Origin: the human T2T-CHM13v2.0 reference genome, Homo sapiens
DNA length: 64,000 nucleotides
Assembly (NCBI RefSeq): GCF_009914755.1
Contig: NC_060944.1
Direction: 5' to 3' (one strand)
Below the pieces are notes generated by a model. That model searched no databases, was not told the origin of the DNA, and saw only the letters and a list, made by a program, of their open reading frames with translations. The first letter of the stretch is position 1, and each line of letters starts with the position of its first letter. Made by a program: the position numbers and the translations under genes. Shown here piece after piece: positions 27,495 through 41,158 of this stretch.

Positions 27495-28130
27495 GGGACC
27501 TAGTGATTGGTTCAAGGTTGGAGCACATGACCCAAGTCTGAGCCAATTAGAATTCCCTTGCTCAAAATGATTGGTTCAGGAGTGCAGCACCTGACCCAGG
27601 TCTCAGCCAATCAGAACACAACACTGCCCTGCTCACTGTCATTGGATCAGAGTGGAGTGAGACCATGTCTCAGCTAATCAGAGCACAGCAATAGTGATTG
27701 GTTCAGGGGTAAAGCACGGGTCTAAGCTGACTGGAGGATGATAAATGGTACATGCAAAGGCTTCATGTAATTTGTCCAGGTCAAAGCGCATGACTCAGGC
27801 CCAAACCATTTGGCATATGACCTTCCCCTGGCTGCAGATAGCCAAAGACAGAATGAATCTCAGGACTTTCCTCAGCTCTTAGTAGAGAGGTTCACTCTTT
27901 CCCACTGACCTTAAACTTGAGAGGATGTGAGGCCAGGAGAACCACAGCCACCTGCTGCCACACTGAAAATAAGCCTGAATGGTGGAAAGCAGGGTGAACG
28001 AGAGAGAAAGAGGCAGGGTCCTGGTTTAAATCCAGCCCGGCCCAAAGCTGACACTGCTGCTAGACTTCTCAGATACTTGAACTAACAAATTTTATGTTAT
28101 GCTGAAGCCAAAGAGTTTTCTGTCACTTCA
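27495..28130. mobile_element. Ancient ERVL/MaLR-type LTR with an internally amplified ATTGG...CCAAT unit
   Basis: Repeated tgattggttcagg...tgaccc...gccaatcaga unit; ends acaaattttatg...aagcca...ttttctgtcacttcaa. Confidence 0.55.
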
Positions 28131-28148
28131 AATACGGGAAAGTCTCAC

Positions 28149-28250
28149 CTTAAGGAGGAGCGGGTACTTGCAGATCCTCTGGATCGGAGACAACAGGTAG
28201 CCTTCCAAAGGGATGTCCGTGGTCTTCCGGCCTCCCAGAAGCATGCAGCT
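28149..28250 (-). CDS. PREX1: PREX1 exon 5 (102 nt, [34 protein letters not shown], aa ~174-207)
   Basis: Acceptor ccctttgcag|AGC; donor AAG|gtgaga; DH CR3 motif [15 protein letters not shown] (read manually; this frame is absent from the ORF track). Confidence 0.98.
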
Positions 28251-28409
28251 CTGCAAAGGGACAGGAGACCTTCATGAAACCCACCAAGGATAGCACAGGG
28301 ACATAGCCACCCTCAACCATGAGAAACGCTCTCAGAGCACAGCTACAATCACTTGGCAAGCGATTTAGCGACCCGTAGAATTGAAAACGTGCATCATCTA
28401 CAACCAACA

Positions 28410-28612
28410 CAAACCCTACTGGGCCAAATCTTGCCTACTCCCCATTTTGGTAAGTTTTATTAGAAACACAGCCACATCCATCACATTGGCTGTGGCCCCC
28501 TACAAGCTACAACGGCAGAGCTGAGTTGTTGGGGAAAAAAAGGCCATATAGTGGCAAAACTTAAAATATTGACTATCTGGCCTTTTACAGAAAAATTCAC
28601 CCATTCCTGGTC
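28410..28612. mobile_element. MER58-like hAT MITE
   Basis: gggccaaatcttgcc...aagttttattagaaacacagccaca...aaaatattgactatctggccttttacagaaaa. Confidence 0.75.
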
Positions 28613-30935
28613 TAGAGAAGCTTTCACATATACACACCAGGAGACTCAAAAATGCCTTGCTTACAACAGTAAAAAATGGGACGCGACCTAAATATCCATC
28701 ACCTGAGAATGGAAACATCTGTATTTTTGTTTCAGTCTGTTTGCAGCAGATTTATACAATGGTAGCTAGCTATGCAGCAGTGAAAATGAGATAACCAGGG
28801 CCACACGTAGCAACACGGGCGAACCCCAAAAATGTACTCTTGTGCAAAAGAAAAAAGGATATGTACAGTATGAAGCCACTTACAGAGATCTTTTAAAGAC
28901 ATGGCACATAAAACTATGCGCTGTTTATGGAGAGCATGTATGAGGTCAAATATAAAGACATGCGTGTTAAAGGAATGCACCCAATTCCAGTGGGGGTTCC
29001 CTCTGTGGAGGGAGAGTTTTGGGTTGGAAAGTGAACCAAGAACCTTCAACTGTTACTGAAAATGTCCTAGTTCTTTAGCTGGGAGGAGTGTACGTGATTC
29101 TGTCATATGCATACCTCTATTTTGGCTTGCAGAGTTAAAAAGTACAGCTCTCTTAGGAATGGAATACCGTTACTCTAACTCCCACGCTCAGCCCTAAGCT
29201 CCTGTCCACATGAATCAACCCAGTGTTCTCCATGTCAATACTTCCGCCCTGCAGCCCCCTTGCCTCTCTCGGCTCATTCCATGCCTCTTCTCTGGAATGT
29301 ATTCTCTTCCCCAATAAAAATAATAATAATAATAATACTGCTATCATCCATCGTAAACACTGACCAAGAGCTAATCATGTGTCCAGCAGGCCTCTAGGGC
29401 TCCCAACCACCAACCACCCTATCAACTGAAAACTATGATTATTCTCATCTCACAGCTTAGATCCCTGGGGTGTGAGAGGTTTAGTCTTTTACTCCAAGAC
29501 CATCCCAGAAAAGTGAGTCACAGAGCTGGGACCTAGAGCCAGGCGGGTTGACACCGAGTCTGGGATTGAAACCATGATGCCCATGTGCCCTTACCCCAAG
29601 CCCACCCATGCACCAAGGCCATCCCTGCCACCCAACCTGCTCTCAATTCCCAGGACTTCTTCCTCCTAGAGCCTTCATAGGTGGCCATTTGTTCCACGTG
29701 GCTCTCAATCACATTACAGGCACTACCCTCTCCTTCAGAGAGGCTCCAACTTAAGAATCCATTTTTGTTTGGCAGGAACCATGAGTTCTGCTGTGTTTCC
29801 CTGCCATGCCCTTCACAGTCCTGGGTCCCTCAGGCTCACTATGTGCCCATTATGTGTAAGTGAATGAACTAACCAACTAACTAATGAAGGAACCACCCAC
29901 CAGAACATCCAGCCATTCCTCCTCAACACCACCCTGGCAAACTGGAAATGAATCCAGACTCTTGGGAAAAGGGATTCCCATCCTATCATTTATTCATTCA
30001 TTCAACAAATACACATTGTGTGCTGTGTGCTGTGTGCTGTGCACAGTTCCAAGCACTGGGGGGCTGCCCAACAAAACAAATTCCCTGCTTATATTCAAGT
30101 GAAAATAAGACCATAAGAACACATACCATGTGCCCACCATATGCCACACGCTGTGCCTTGTGCTTCACATACACAGAAAGTTCATGCCGAAAGCCTAAGG
30201 AAATAAGCATGGACCACTGTCCCCTACCACACATGGGGAAATCGTGGCACGAAGAGCTGGCCCAAGTCTCAGAGCTACTTCCACTGCCTCTTAGGGATCA
30301 CAATAAGCTCTGCCTGGAAAAGCAGAATTCTGGGGACCCCAGGTCCCAGCTCTAGCTGAGCTGAATGGCCCCCACCAGTGTTTACCCCTGGCACAGATGG
30401 GGGATTGAGGCTGCGGCAGCTGGGAGATGCCGGGCCCCACGCTGCTCACACTCAGGCCTTTGTCCTAGGAGCCAGCACTTGCCACAGGCTGCCCTGGTGA
30501 TGTCAGCTCTGGGCAGAGTGCAGGGCGCCTGGGGGTGGGGAAGTGCTTTCTAGAAGCCCCCAGGGCTTGGCGTGAGAAGGGCCCATCTTTGTCCAGGATC
30601 AAGGAGTTTTCACAAGATTTTCACAGCCACCAAGGACACTTCCCCACAAACACTCTAGATTGTGGTTTCACTTTATTTTCTTTTAAAAAAAAACAAAAAC
30701 AAAAAAAACAGGCAAACACACACAGAGCTAGCATTCACTATTCTCACTACATTTCAGGCACTATGGGAAGAACTTCTGAGAAGTCCTTAAATGCTCAAAA
30801 TTCACAGAAGTGAGTTAGATGAGGCGTCAACCTCATGGTCTTCCCAACCTCCTAATGGCAGCACGTTCCTGGACTATCCTGAGTCCTCCCTTTCTGCCCA
30901 TGCTGCCCCCCTGGCTGATCCCACCCTGACTCGGC

Positions 30936-31235
30936 TTTTTTTTCTTTTTTTTCCTGGACAGAATCTCATTCTGTCGCCCAGGCTGGAGTGCAGTGTGCAA
31001 TCTCGGCTCACTGCAACCTCTGCCTCCTAGGTTCAAGTGATTCTCCTGCCTCAGTCTCCTGAGTAGCTGGGATTACAGGTGCACACCACCATGCCCAGCT
31101 AATTTTTGTATTTTTAGTAGAGACAGGGTTTTGCCATGTCATCTAGGCTGGTCTTGAACTCCTGACCTCAGGTGATCTGCCTGCCTCGGCCTCCTAAAGT
31201 GCTAGGATTACAGGTGTGAGCCACCGTGCCTGGCC
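30936..31235 (-). mobile_element. Alu (AluS-type)
   Basis: Reverse Alu; TSD ctgactcggcttt (30926-30938) / ctgacttggcttt (31236-31248). Confidence 0.95.
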
Positions 31236-31639
31236 CTGACTTGGCTTTAAACACCATCTTTCTTTATATTGAAAACACTCAGGTTTATCTCTCTAGCCCC
31301 TAAACTCCCGACTAGAGTCTCTGCTGCCCCCCCAATGCCCCACCTGGATGTACTGCAGGTATCTTAAGCCTCACACATCCAAAAGGGAATGTTTATTTCC
31401 CTCTCCTACCCTAGCCTGCACCCTCTTGGGAAAATGCAACTCCATTCTTCCAGTTGCTTGGGCCCAAAACCCTAAAGTCATATTTGACTCCTCTCGTTCA
31501 TTTATATCCAAAGTCAATGATCAGGCAAATTGTGTCAGCTCAGGCCTTCATGCTCTATGTGAATCCAACCACCTCTCCCACCACAACCACGCTGTTCGCA
31601 GACACCATCGCTTCCTGCCCGGACATTGCAGTAGCCCTG

Positions 31640-32060
31640 CAGTCGGTTGAATGGTGTTCCCCAAAATGCCAGGCCCCCACAAAACCTCAAAATGCAACCT
31701 TATTTGGAAATTGGATCTTTACAGATGTATGGTAATTAGTTAAAATAAGGTGATGCTGGATTAGAGGGGGGACCCTAAATCCAATGACTCATGTCCTTAT
31801 GAGGGGAGAAGACACAAAAGAAGGCCATGTGAAGACAGAGGCAGAGATTGGAGCAATGCTGCCACAAACCAGGGAGCACCGACGGCCGCTGGAAGATTAA
31901 AGAGGAAAGACAGGATCCTTCCCTGGAGCCCCAGGAGGGAGCACCCACCGACACCCTGATTTCAGACTTCTGGCCTCCACAACTGAAAGAGAATCAATTT
32001 TGTTGTTTTAAGCAACCCCATCTGTGGCAATTGTCCCGGTCCCCTAGGAAATGCAAACAA
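31640..32060. mobile_element. MLT1 (B/C-like) MaLR LTR inserted in an L2
   Basis: ttgaatggtgttccccaaaa...accttatttggaaa...ccctaaatccaatgac...gatttcagacttctggcctcca...ttgttgttttaagc. Confidence 0.85.
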
Positions 32061-32272
32061 GACCCTCCCTGGACCTGCACTTCTACCCAGATACTAACAG
32101 GGGGGCCTTTCACCATGCAAATTAGCTTCATTCATGCCTCTGCTCAAAACCCTCCCACGGCTTCCCATCCCACTCAGAATAAAACGGAACATTCTCTAAG
32201 GCAAAGCCACGAGCTCCAACGTGAAGGGATCCCACAGAGCGATCCTACAGACATCATGCTGCGCAAAAGCCA

Positions 32273-32273
<1 letters not shown>

Positions 32274-32304
<31 letters not shown>
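32274..32304. repeat. (CA)15 microsatellite
   Basis: Direct reading. Confidence 0.95.
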
Positions 32305-32309
<5 letters not shown>

Positions 32310-32567
32310 TCCTGAATGATGCCGTTCATAGACGATGCTAGAATAGGAAAAACTAAGCTTTGGTAAGAGAAGTCAGCAGAGGGATTCTGGAGGTCTGGGG
32401 GCCATGACTGGGAATGGGCAAGAGGGAACCTTCTGGAGTGATGGGAATGTTCTTCGATCTTGGTGGTTCCATGCTATAGACATATGTAAGCATTTGTCAT
32501 CCTGGGGGTGGACTTACTGCATGGATGCTACACTTTAATTAAAAAGCTTTTTTAAAATCTCATACTT

Positions 32568-32880
32568 GGACTGGGCAGAGTGACTCACACCTGTACTCCC
32601 AGCACTTTGGGAGGCCAAAGAGGGAGGACTGCTTTAGCCCAGGAGTTCAACACCAGCCTGGGTAACATAGCAAGACCCCATCTCCACAAAAAAAAAATTA
32701 AAAATTAGCTGGGCATGATGGTGCACACTATAGTCCCAGCTTCTCAGAAGACTAAATGGGAGGATGGCTTGAGTCTAGGATGTCGAGGCTGCAGTGGGCC
32801 ATGATCAAGCCATTACATTCCAGCCTGGGTGACGCAGCGAGACCCTATCTCAAAAAGCAAAAACAAAACAAAACAAAAAA
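32568..32880 (+). mobile_element. AluJ-like, full length
   Basis: Diverged Alu with ggaggactgctttagcccaggagttc; (CAAAA)n tail. Confidence 0.9.
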
Positions 32881-35523
32881 TTTCAGACTCTTTCCATTGA
32901 CTAAATGCTCCTTCATTACCTGGTTTCTTTCAATCTCTCTGACCTCATCTCCTCCTGCTTTTCCTCTTATGGCCTTCACTCTAGTCACCCTTGGCTTTCT
33001 TGCAATTCCTCAAACACACTCCTACCTCAGGGCCTTTGCACACGCAGGTCATCTATCTCTCTGAAATGCTACATAGCCCCTGCCTCTCTCTCTCTCCTTC
33101 ACTTCCTCCACATCCCTGGTTACATGTCACCCAAGATGCAGTTTTCCCAAAGACCAATCTAAAACAGCATCCACCATCCTAACTTCCTCAAAACATCCTG
33201 TCACCCTTATTTTACATCCTCCAGAGAATTTAACATCACATTATCATTGAAGTTCCCCCGACTAGAATGGCCACTCTATGAGAATAAGGACTTTTCTTGC
33301 CTTGTTCATGTCGGATCTTTAGCCCGTAGAATGATCCCTACCGCATTATAGGTGCTTAGTAAGAAGTTGCTGGATGAGTAAATGAATAAATCATCCCCAT
33401 TTTACAGACAAGAAAACTGAGGCAGAGAAAAATTAAGACACTACTCCATCATTCTCCATCACTCAGCTGGTGCCCAGCACAACATGGATGGAAAGCCAGA
33501 TTCTGTCTGTTCCCAAAGCCTTAATGTCCCATAACAGACTCATGACAGCTCTTCTGCACGTGGCCAAAAGCTGGGAGACGCCAGCAAGGAGGGAGACAGA
33601 TGGCACATGTGCTGGCACCCCACGCATCCTCCCCTGCCCAGACCGGCCCACCCAGCTGCTGCTAGGAATAGGGCAGTTTGACCCACCAGGAAGACTGCTT
33701 GAGATAGGAAGGAAAGAAAGAAAGAAGTCAGTCCTTCCCTTCCCTTCCCACACCCTGCACACACCTTCCTGGCATCTTCCTCCTTCCCAGGACCTAGCTG
33801 AACCTGAGGGAATACTGTCAGAGGGTGGGACCCTCAGCCAGGGAGCCCAGAGCCTGGGCAGCAGGGACTGTCACAGGGTGGTGCTGCCTGCAAGCCAACA
33901 GGTCAATGCAGACATGGCCATTTCTGTCCATGTGGGGTCTTGCAGTAACGTGACTTCATCTTTGCATTCTGCCCAGACTATTTTATGAATATAAGTGCAA
34001 ACATGGAAATGTGAAGATGTAGGTACCGGCTATGAAAAGCAACAGTCCTGAAAGCTTAATTCACTTGAGACAAAGATGGAAATCAGTAAATCAGTCTGCC
34101 AATTTGCCCTTCCTCAGATGTTCACTGGAGCCGGGCCAAGCAACATGAACTCACTTGTGAAGGAAACACACATTTGGAATCGAAATTCTGGAACTACTTT
34201 GTTGGAGACTGAGTGAAGGAGAAGTGCAATTAGGAATATTATTTTATTAGTTTAGCACTCTGGGAACGTGGTTCATACTCCGTATGCTATGTTAGTTAAT
34301 TGTTCTACTTTTATATACTGAATTCGGTATGTGCTGTTGGGAAAACAAACAGTATGGGGGTGGAGAGACGTCTGTGACCGAATGAGAAGGGATTCAGAGG
34401 TGAAAGACTGGGACTGAAACCCAGGATAAGCTCAACCACTTTTCTAGGATGGACCCCTAGAAAGTCACTTAATATTGTGAAGTCATCAAAATCACCTGTG
34501 ACAAAGGCTATGCAGTGTCCCCTAATGTATTCTTCTTCCACAGTGATCACATTTCTAGCTGGGCACATGGCTGCTCAGAATAAAGCCTGTATTTCCCAGC
34601 CTTCCTTGGATCTAGGGGTGACCATGTGGCTGAGTGCTGGCCGATGGGACGTGAGGGGAGGAGATGTGTGCAGCTTCCTGTTACGCCCTGAAAAGGAGAA
34701 GGGTATGCTCTCCTTCCCGCCCTCCCTCCACCCCACCACCTGGAAGTAGGATGTAGTCAAAGGTCATCTGAGACCAGGTCAATGAGCATCATAACCTAGG
34801 GCCTTAGCCCCTGACACTGGAGCCACTATACCAGCCCCAGACTGTCTGCACCCACACTGTTAACAAGAGGGAGAAATAAGAGCCCACCTTGTTCAAACCA
34901 CTGTCCTTTGAGATGTCTGCAAAGCAGACAAATGTTTATCTTGACTCATACACAACAGATAGTGGTTTGAAAGGCTCAAAGGAGGTCACAAATGACAATC
35001 CGTTTTATACATAAGTGAGGCTCTCTACAAGTGTAGGGAAGACCATCATGGATGTCTACAGTTTTTCCTGACCAAATGCAAATGCAAATATACCCAGAAA
35101 TGCAAACACAAATATCCCCAGAAATGCAAACCAACTGCTTTAGGGATCCACTCTACCCTTAGGCTCTATTGTATGGGTAGACCTGACCCCACCTTCCCTC
35201 TCCAGAAGTGACCAATCAGAACACCACCACCAATTACTCTGTCTACAGCAATTGGTTCAGGGATAAGGTTTTGAGCCAACGAGCATCAGACCTAGGATTT
35301 TTGCTGTTACTATGGGGAAAGGGAAGTTCTCTCTATCCTGAAGCTGCTCAGCTATCAGAGGTATAAGTCTGGAGCTGCTGGAGGCCACCCTGTTACCACT
35401 TCGGGAGAGCCTGCCTGGGAATAAAGCCACAGCAGAGAAAAGGAGAGTCAAGAGACATACATTACTGATGACATCATTTGAACACCCAGACTCTGCCATC
35501 TCTGTAGCCCTCTCAGGTCTTAA

Positions 35524-35917
<394 letters not shown>

Positions 35918-36061
35918 GCTTAAGCCAGTTTTAATTGGATTTTCTTTCATTTATAATTAAATAATCCTAAAAATACTAGTAATCCTAATAACCATCATAA
36001 TGACAGTAGTATTAATAATTACTACTCTTGCTGCCATTTTTAATAGAACCCTTACTTTAGA

Positions 36062-36280
36062 CCAGGAATGGGCAAAGTCAACCCTAATCTGGCCCTCTGC
36101 CTGTTTTTGTAAATAAAGTTTTATTGCCACACAGCCACACCCACTCCTCTACACATTCTCTAGGGCTGCTTTCATGCTACAATGGCATGAGCTGAGTCGT
36201 GGTGACAGAAACTGTATGGTACGCAGAGCCAAAAATATTCCCCAGCTGGCCCTTTATGGAAAAGGCTTGGCGATCCCTGC
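36062..36280. mobile_element. MER58-like hAT MITE
   Basis: gcctgtttttgtaaataaagttttattg...cacagccacaccc...ctggccctttatggaaaaggcttggcgatccctg. Confidence 0.8.
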
Positions 36281-36411
36281 TTTAGGCAGGAGATTACCCC
36301 AGCCAAGGAAAGGATTTGGCACCATGGGGCAGCATGAAGTCCTCTTGTGCCCAGATTCCACAAGGATGAGGCCGAGTGCAAGGGAGCACCAGGGCTGACG
36401 GGTCAACTTAC

Positions 36412-36516
36412 CAAAAGGAAGGCGCGCACGGTAGGGATCTTGTTCAGCTCCACCAGCAGCCTCAGGGCTTTCTCATGGTTGCTGCAATACTCCTCGTACA
36501 CGCAGAACTTGTCCTT
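36412..36516 (-). CDS. PREX1: PREX1 exon 4 (105 nt, [35 protein letters not shown], aa ~139-173)
   Basis: Acceptor gtcttgcag|AAG; donor TTG|gtaagt; DH motif YEEYCSN. Confidence 0.98.
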
Positions 36517-37454
36517 CTGCAAGACAAGGACAGAGCCTGTGGGAGGCAGGTCATGGTAGCAGGCAGGTGCCCTGACACATGCTGACCACTGGGCTGGTAG
36601 GGTAGGGGTAAGGACTACCCTGACCCAGGAGAAGCTACAGCAGGAGGTATCTCAGGTAAAGCGGCTCCACTCACTACCAGCTTCCCAGCCTCCACTCTTG
36701 CCCCAGGTCTGCACTCAGGGGCCTGAATAACTTTTTGGGAAGCAGTGTGGCCTGGGGGTCAAGAGCATAGACTCAAGAAGAGCAGCCTGGGCTTGCACCA
36801 CGGCTCTGTATTTCCTGTGAACCTGGGCAGGTTACCTGACTTCCCTGTGCCTCGGTCTCCTTATCTGTAAGGTAGAGTTAATAAAAGTCCCTAAGTCAGA
36901 GTTGTTATAGCTGGGGGCTAGCTCTGTTGACCTCCAGATGCCCCTGAGCCCAAAGATGTACTCCTTCCAGACTAAAGGTCACCTGTGGGTCACTAGGTCC
37001 AGAACCATCAGTCAGGGTTTCCCGTACTGGAAGAGACAGGAGCCTTCTTAGCAGGAAGCTCTCAACTGAGCATTCTTGGTTCCAGATGGTTCACAGAACC
37101 CGCCAAACCCTAAACAAGGATGGCGTGGGTGAGGTCACTGGAGGAGGAAGGGTTGCAAGGCCTCAATCCTGAGCTAGGGATGGGGGTGTGCAAGAGACCC
37201 GAACAAGCTAAGGAAGGAAGAGGTGGGTCCACAAAGCAAGCAGCTCATCTTGTTTCTAAACAAGCCCCCAGATGGCCTTCCGATGGGAGGCTGCAGGAAA
37301 TAGGAAACCAAAGAGAAGGGAGGATGGGTTTAGAATTAACAGGCATCCCCAGCCCACCCCAGCTCACTCTGGGGGCTCTGTGTGCATCATCTGAGCAGAC
37401 ACCCTGAGCCACAAAGTGCCCAGGTCAGTGCTGATGGCTAACACAGAGTACATA

Positions 37455-37518
37455 CCCAGCACATAGTACAGGCTGCCCAGCATGTAGTACAGGCTGCCCA
37501 GCATGTAGTACAGGCTGC
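37455..37518. repeat. 21-bp minisatellite, 3 copies
   Basis: cccagcacatagtacaggctg / cccagcatgtagtacaggctg / cccagcatgtagtacaggctg. Confidence 0.95.
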
Positions 37519-39076
37519 ACGCTGCTCTCCTGGAATGGGGGTGAACTCACTCATTCCCCACGACAGCCTTACATGGTAACTACTGTAACAGACTCACATA
37601 CCCATGACAAAACCAAGGAAAAGTTGCTTCCCCAGGGTCTCGCCGCTAGTGCAGTGGCAGAACCAGGACTCAAACCCCCTTAACCCCAGTGACAGTGTCA
37701 GCTCAAGGTCATGGCATAGGGTAGGGATGGGAGTGGGAGGCAAATACCCAGGGTACAAATTTCAAGCCACAAATCTAGACTAAGCTGCATCCCAAGGGCA
37801 CTACACCAGAATACTGAAGGGCACAGAGTGACTCCAGAAACCCAGTTCCACATTCCCTAAGTAGAGGGTGACCTTGGGCAAGTGCTTCTCCTCCCTAGGC
37901 CTTGGTTTCCTCACCTGCAAAATGGACATCATAACTGACCTTCAACACTTAGGATGCTGGAGGATGAAATAACTTAATATATGTGAAATGAGTAGAACGG
38001 TGTCTGGCACACAATACTTCACAATACTTCAATACCACACAATACTTCAAAGTACTCTACAAGTATTAACAACAAACATAAACACAATCGACAAACATGG
38101 ATCAATGGGGGAAAATATCAGACAAACCATGTTACAATTACCCACAGTGCACCCCCATACACACACACATACCACAAGACACACAATCTTGATGCATATT
38201 CCAAGAAACCACACAATGATCTCAAGCATTACAGCATGCAAACTACATGCTCCAAACACCACCACCAATGTCAGCATGCACATGGACACATGCACTGAGT
38301 CACAAACCACCACTCACTCATCAAGTATCTGCAGTCCACTGAGATGCCAACACATGGCAAGGAAGGAGAAGAGGGGACCCCAGCACCCCCAACACTGCCC
38401 AGGCAGACCTTTTTCTATTCCCACTTGTCTCAAATGGGCCTAAGGGACCATCAAGGCCAAAAGAGCTGGGTGAGTAGATGTCTGAGCTGCAGGGGATCAC
38501 TCAGCCGTAGGTAAAACCTTGTGAGTGGGGGCTGCTGGACACACCTGGAACCAGGATTTCAGCTGCAGACTGTGGTGATGCAGGCTGCAGGGAAGAGGAA
38601 GAGGAAGAAAGAGTACAACTATTTTGTTGTAGGTGACAGGAACTGGCCTGTCTGGAAACCTGCTCCTGCAGAGAAGACTTGCAGTGACATAAAAAGCCAC
38701 CATGACCACTCTCACCAACCACTATCAGCATCAACCCTGTAAGTGCCAAGGAGAAGTTCTGCAGCCAGACCATCTAGGTTCATAGCCCAAGTCTCCCGGT
38801 CACCAGCTCTTGGTCAAGACAAGTAACATTTCTTGGCCTCTGCATTCTCATCCATAAAGTACAGACAACAATATCATTACCATAATGGTGTTGTGAGGAT
38901 TGGCAGGTGAATTTATATTAAGGGACTTCCAATGGTGCATAGTAAGTGTTCACTAAATATTAACTAGTATTATTATTGCTTAATAATGTTGTTGCTATTA
39001 TCACCAGCATGATTATTTCAGAAACTTCATTACCTTTTTTATTGAACAGGGTAGGGCAGTAGGTGGGAAGGTTTTG

Positions 39077-39107
<31 letters not shown>

Positions 39108-39469
39108 GACAGGCAGAGTCAGGAGGAAGGCAGCAGATAGACTCGTGGGTTTAGGGAAAGCATCGGGAGGGTCCCAGGCAGATTTTGGGAATTACGATGG
39201 TCCCTGACCCCAGGATGTTTTACGTCTCATTCATGCACTGTCCTTCTCCCCTGAATCTCCTGGGACTGTCAGCTCCATCGGGACGGCGTTTTCATCTGTT
39301 GAGGTCACTGCTGTGATGTCAATGGGGTCAGCGACCACTGGCAGAGAGCAGGTATTGTGACTATTTGATGAATGAAAGGAAGAAAAGAGAAGGAGGAACG
39401 GAGAGGCTAAAGGGCCCTCAGACCAGCTCTGTGCTTCTTCCCAGGCTGGTCCCACCCCACCCCAGGGAC

Positions 39470-39885
39470 CATAAGTGAGCACATGACCCAGACAAAACCA
39501 ATCAGAGTTCCCCGTCCTAATAACAGTGGCCATGTGACCCAAGCTGGGCCGCAAGAGCCCGCAAGGACTCGAGCTGGAATCACTGGGAAGAGAAACTCTC
39601 TTTGAGCTGCTGTTGAACCCCTGCCACCATGTGAGGCATGCACCCCATAAGCCCCTCCCATTCTCCAAGAGTGAAATCAGCACTGCACAGATAAAAGCAG
39701 AGCCTGAGATCAGAGAAAGACCTGGTCCTGAAATCATCATACGGAGTCCTGGATCTAGCTATGCCTGAAGCCAACCTACACTCCTGAACAATTTCACTGA
39801 CATGCATCAGTAAAGTCCTGTATTTGTTTAAGCCTATCTGAACTGTTGTTTCTGTCACGTACAGCAAAGACAGTTTTGATACATG
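39470..39885. mobile_element. Old MaLR/ERVL LTR remnant
   Basis: cacatgacccagacaaaaccaatcagag...ggatctagctatgcctgaagcc...gtttaagcc...gtttctgtcac. Confidence 0.55.
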
Positions 39886-41158
39886 CACACTCTTAAAGGC
39901 AGAAAATGAAAGACATGGACCCAAATCTTAGTGAGGTGACAGGGTCTCTCTGTCCATCTCCACAGAGATGAAGGGAAGGGACTGGGCCAGAAAGCAGGGA
40001 CAAATCGGTTTCTTCCCACATACCAACCCCAGTCACTGGGTAGTGCCAGCTGGAACACTGGTGAGGAGGATTCTGGGGCCCCACAGGAAGCCTAGAGACA
40101 GAATGCTGTGATTGATTAGGAATGTCTGCCACAGGTGCAGGAGAGGGGGTAACAAGCTCACCACTGGTTTGTCATTCCTCATCCCCTGAGCCCCCTTCTA
40201 CGACAAGGTCTGCAATGTTTTCCTCTCCTTCAGCCTGTGGGAAGGGCAGGGGCCCAACGCTTGAGGCTTGGAGAAGTTAAATTTAGCAAAGGACAACATC
40301 CCCTCTGCAGCACCGTGCCCAGTTCAATCACGCCTGTGTCCTTTCATCCAGCCTGACCCCAGCTGCATCTCAGGCCTGAGACCCTGCAAATACGGAAACG
40401 CTGCTCTTGACAGCTCAGAGTCCAAGTGTTCCATTTCCTCCTGGAGGCCCGACATGGGGCTCTGATTGCTTTGCCAGGAAGAAACGGACAAACAGTTGTG
40501 CATACACAGATGTGGTGGGTACGGAACATGTGGCTGTGGGTTTGGGGGGAGAAGGGGACAGCTGCTGGCTGGAAACAGCCAGGGGAGGGGAGCTCACCCC
40601 CAGGAAAGGCTCAAGGATTGTGAGAGGTGGCAGCTGCTGTCCACAATACCCAGGTGACAGTGGCTCCACAGAGACCATCAGCTCCAAACCACTCATTTCA
40701 CAGCCAGCAAGACTAAGACCCAGAAGAGGGAAGGAGCTGGCCCATGCAGACATATTCTCCAGTGGGGAGGAGAGAAGTGAGAATCAGATCTCAGTTTCTC
40801 AACAGTCTCCCCAAATTATTTACCCATCCATACAGCTGTGGGGAGAGGGGGGTTAAAACAGAAATCAGACCACACTACTCCCGTGCTTAAAACCTGCAAT
40901 GGCTTTCACTGACTCAGAATAAGATCTACAGTCCTCACCTCGGCACGCAAAGCCCTACAGGATCTGCCCTGCCCCCACTATGACACCCTCAAACTCTCTC
41001 TATCACTCACTCTGCTCTGGCCACGCCAGTCTCCCTTCTTCTCTCAAATGAGCTAAGCTTGCTCCCAGCTCAGGGCTTCTGCCCTTTCTCACCTTGGTCC
41101 AGACCACCCTCCCCAAGATCATCCCATTCCAACCCCTCAGAAAGGCCATCCCACCCTT

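Noticed and set aside
27500-27720. Repeat-spacer-like periodicity resembling a CRISPR array
   Set aside because: Human DNA; units are degenerate and unevenly spaced with no cas genes; better explained as an LTR-derived tandem unit
38130-38330. CA-rich stretch giving His/Thr-rich ORF 37988..38443
   Set aside because: Low-complexity degenerate (CA)n sequence; not coding
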